From NCBI GenBank assembly GCA_017654855.1, contig CM030336.1, positions 4,278,001 to 4,342,000 on the forward strand: DNA of 64,000 bases, in the 5' to 3' direction. Positions 62,214 through 64,000 of the stretch are shown one piece after another. The translations under genes were made by a program, and so were the position numbers. This stretch comes from Podospora anserina (Eukaryota). Below the pieces are notes generated by a model that saw nothing but the letters and a program-made list of their open reading frames with translations, was not told where the DNA came from and ran no database searches. Every line of letters begins with the position of its first letter. The stretch's first letter is position 1.

Positions 62214-64000
62214 TCATATCCTACACCACCCCAGCCGCTCCACAACCTCCATCTGCTCCGTCAACAGCCCCTCATCCTCGGGCTGTTTTCTCTCCATGCA
62301 AAAACAAGTCATCACCACGCCCAGCACCTCCCCAGCTACAAACCGAAATTTCTTCACCGCCTCTTCTTGCCCAAGAAGGTCTTGCAGATCAGGCAGGTCA
62401 ATCACCTCGTTTGACTCCTCGGCCGCTTGTATCAGTTCTTTTAGACTTCCCTTTCCAGGTAGGAACTCAGCAAAGATATACACCAATGGCTGCCACATCA
62501 CCAGCTCGACAATGATACAGGCCAAGCTGTACATGTCAAATATTTTTTGGTACGTCTCCCTCGCTTGCCCTCTAGCATCTGGATGACGGTAAACATCCGC
62601 TTCCAACTCCGTATCAGGAAGGTGGGTGCATTTCTGTGACTCGAGCGTGTCCGACGGCTGTATTTATAATCGGCAATATAGGGGTCTGAGCCGAGGAAGA
62701 ATTTGTTCGATGAGCCGTGAGGGGCGAGGAAGAGGATGTTTTCGGGGCGGAGGCCTTTGTGCAGCCAGCCGGAAGTGTGGAGTTGGAGGATTGTTTCTGC
62801 CAAGCAGAGGGCGATTTCGAGGCGGCGTTTGAGGGAGACGAGGGGTTGGCTGGAGATGAGGCTACGGAGGGATTTGTAGTCCCAGTCGAGGATCTCTTCA
62901 GAGTTGTTGTCATTGTGGTGATCCGAGTTCTTCAGGCATGCTGTAGACGATTCCGTGACGCGAGCGGAAGGATTTGTCCGAGGTAGAGAGGGAGGTGAAG
63001 AAGACGGCCAGACATTTCATTTGGTTGATGTAACGTTCCCATTGGGTGCTATCGACGGTTTTCCACTGGATGAGAACTTGCTTCTGCCGGTAGGTCGTGA
63101 ATCCGAGGTTTGATTCGAATAGAGGAGTGGACCGCTCTTTGATATCAGTCCAGGGCTTCAGGGAACGGCCCAAGACGGCGAGTTTGGGCATCCGCAGGCC
63201 GATCTTCTCGCTCGTCATTTTTAATGTTATCTCATCATCTCTTTTGTCAACGCCCAGAACGAGGCGAACTTGTTTGAGGTATTGCGGCGGCGTTGATGGC
63301 ATGTTGGTAACGCCCGCCATCGCTGACCAGATCCTTGATCTGACCGGCTCCTGACGTTGTGGTCGTCAGGGAGATGAGTTCGCGTAATAGTTGGCCATAC
63401 TTTGTCCTTTCTTCTTGCCGCTCACTGGCCTCAAGAAGAATCTCGAGACGGTCGACAAGTTCGGCAATCTGTTTCAGATATGGTTGCAACTTTCCCTGTC
63501 CCTGGCTGCCCAACGAAGTCGTTTGATAGGGGAGTTGTGTTCCTGGATGATTTTGCCGGCTGTTGTTCGAAGATTCGACTCAACTTGGCAAGGAGTTTAG
63601 CCACCCCTTTCTTTTCGCCTTCGATCGCCTGTTCTTTCTCAGCCGGTTCGAGCTCTTCTTCCTTCACGTCGAGAAATTTACGACACACCTCTACCTGATG
63701 ACGTCGTGGAAGAACCCGATGTCTCGGACCGAGAGAGAACGGACTCTCGTGCCTCCTCATATGAGACAGCAACTGAGCTTGTAGCCGGCACCGCCCAGGA
63801 TCAAGCCAAAATTGATGCAAAGGATAGCGAACAGCCTGAAGGCCAGGGAAAGAGTGATGGACAGAAAGTGCTACGCGACTCCTGGTTGGGATTTCCAGTA
63901 TACGAGAGTAATTCATCTAATGGGGACGAGATTCTCCAGCTTCCCGGCCCCTTTTTTCCAGTCTGACAGCAAAGACATCTTGCGCTAACCCCCCAACGGA
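62214..64000 (-). pseudogene. HeLo (prion-inhibition)-like + protein-kinase-like gene, frameshifted; 5' end beyond the window
   Basis: IKRLRWAARD-[fs]-GKLQPYLKQIAELVDRLEILL (end of a HeLo-like domain), then QVLIQWK, LHTSGWLHKGLRPENILF, PYIADYKYSR, VYRHP and FDMYSLACIIVELVMWQPL, spread over several frames. Confidence 0.78.

Overview
Eukaryotic DNA from a filamentous ascomycete. The short GT..AG introns with CTAAC/CTGAC branch points, the dispersed 5S rRNA gene, the HET/NACHT genes and the TAGGTA-rich intergenic DNA suggest a Sordariales, Podospora-like genome; this is inferred, not proven. Apparently intact genes: secreted tyrosinase, CE4 polysaccharide deacetylase, a 71-aa Cys-rich protein sitting in a very gene-poor stretch, a beta-lactamase/LovD-like esterase, a bacterial-looking small protein, a hypothetical protein, an SDR, a HET-domain protein, a beta/gamma-crystallin-like secreted protein, a 4-exon Cys-rich protein invisible in the ORF track, a GT1 UDP-glycosyltransferase and a SET-domain methyltransferase. 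The accessory content is the most interesting part. (i) A ~5.5-kb candidate miniature/decayed Starship-like element (28078-33550) has a broken DUF3435 tyrosine-recombinase (captain) gene, an FHA-like/kinase cargo pseudogene, imperfect terminal inverted repeats and CTCAGC arrays at both ends. (ii) A NACHT (NLR-like) gene with an MGCCCS acylation motif is interrupted by a 172-bp solo LTR with an exact 5-bp TSD. (iii) A local family of non-secreted Cys-rich genes has one intact and one or two decayed copies. (iv) Decayed NACHT-ankyrin and HeLo-kinase genes lie side by side at the right end. All calls come from manual reading and motif recognition; no database searches were run.
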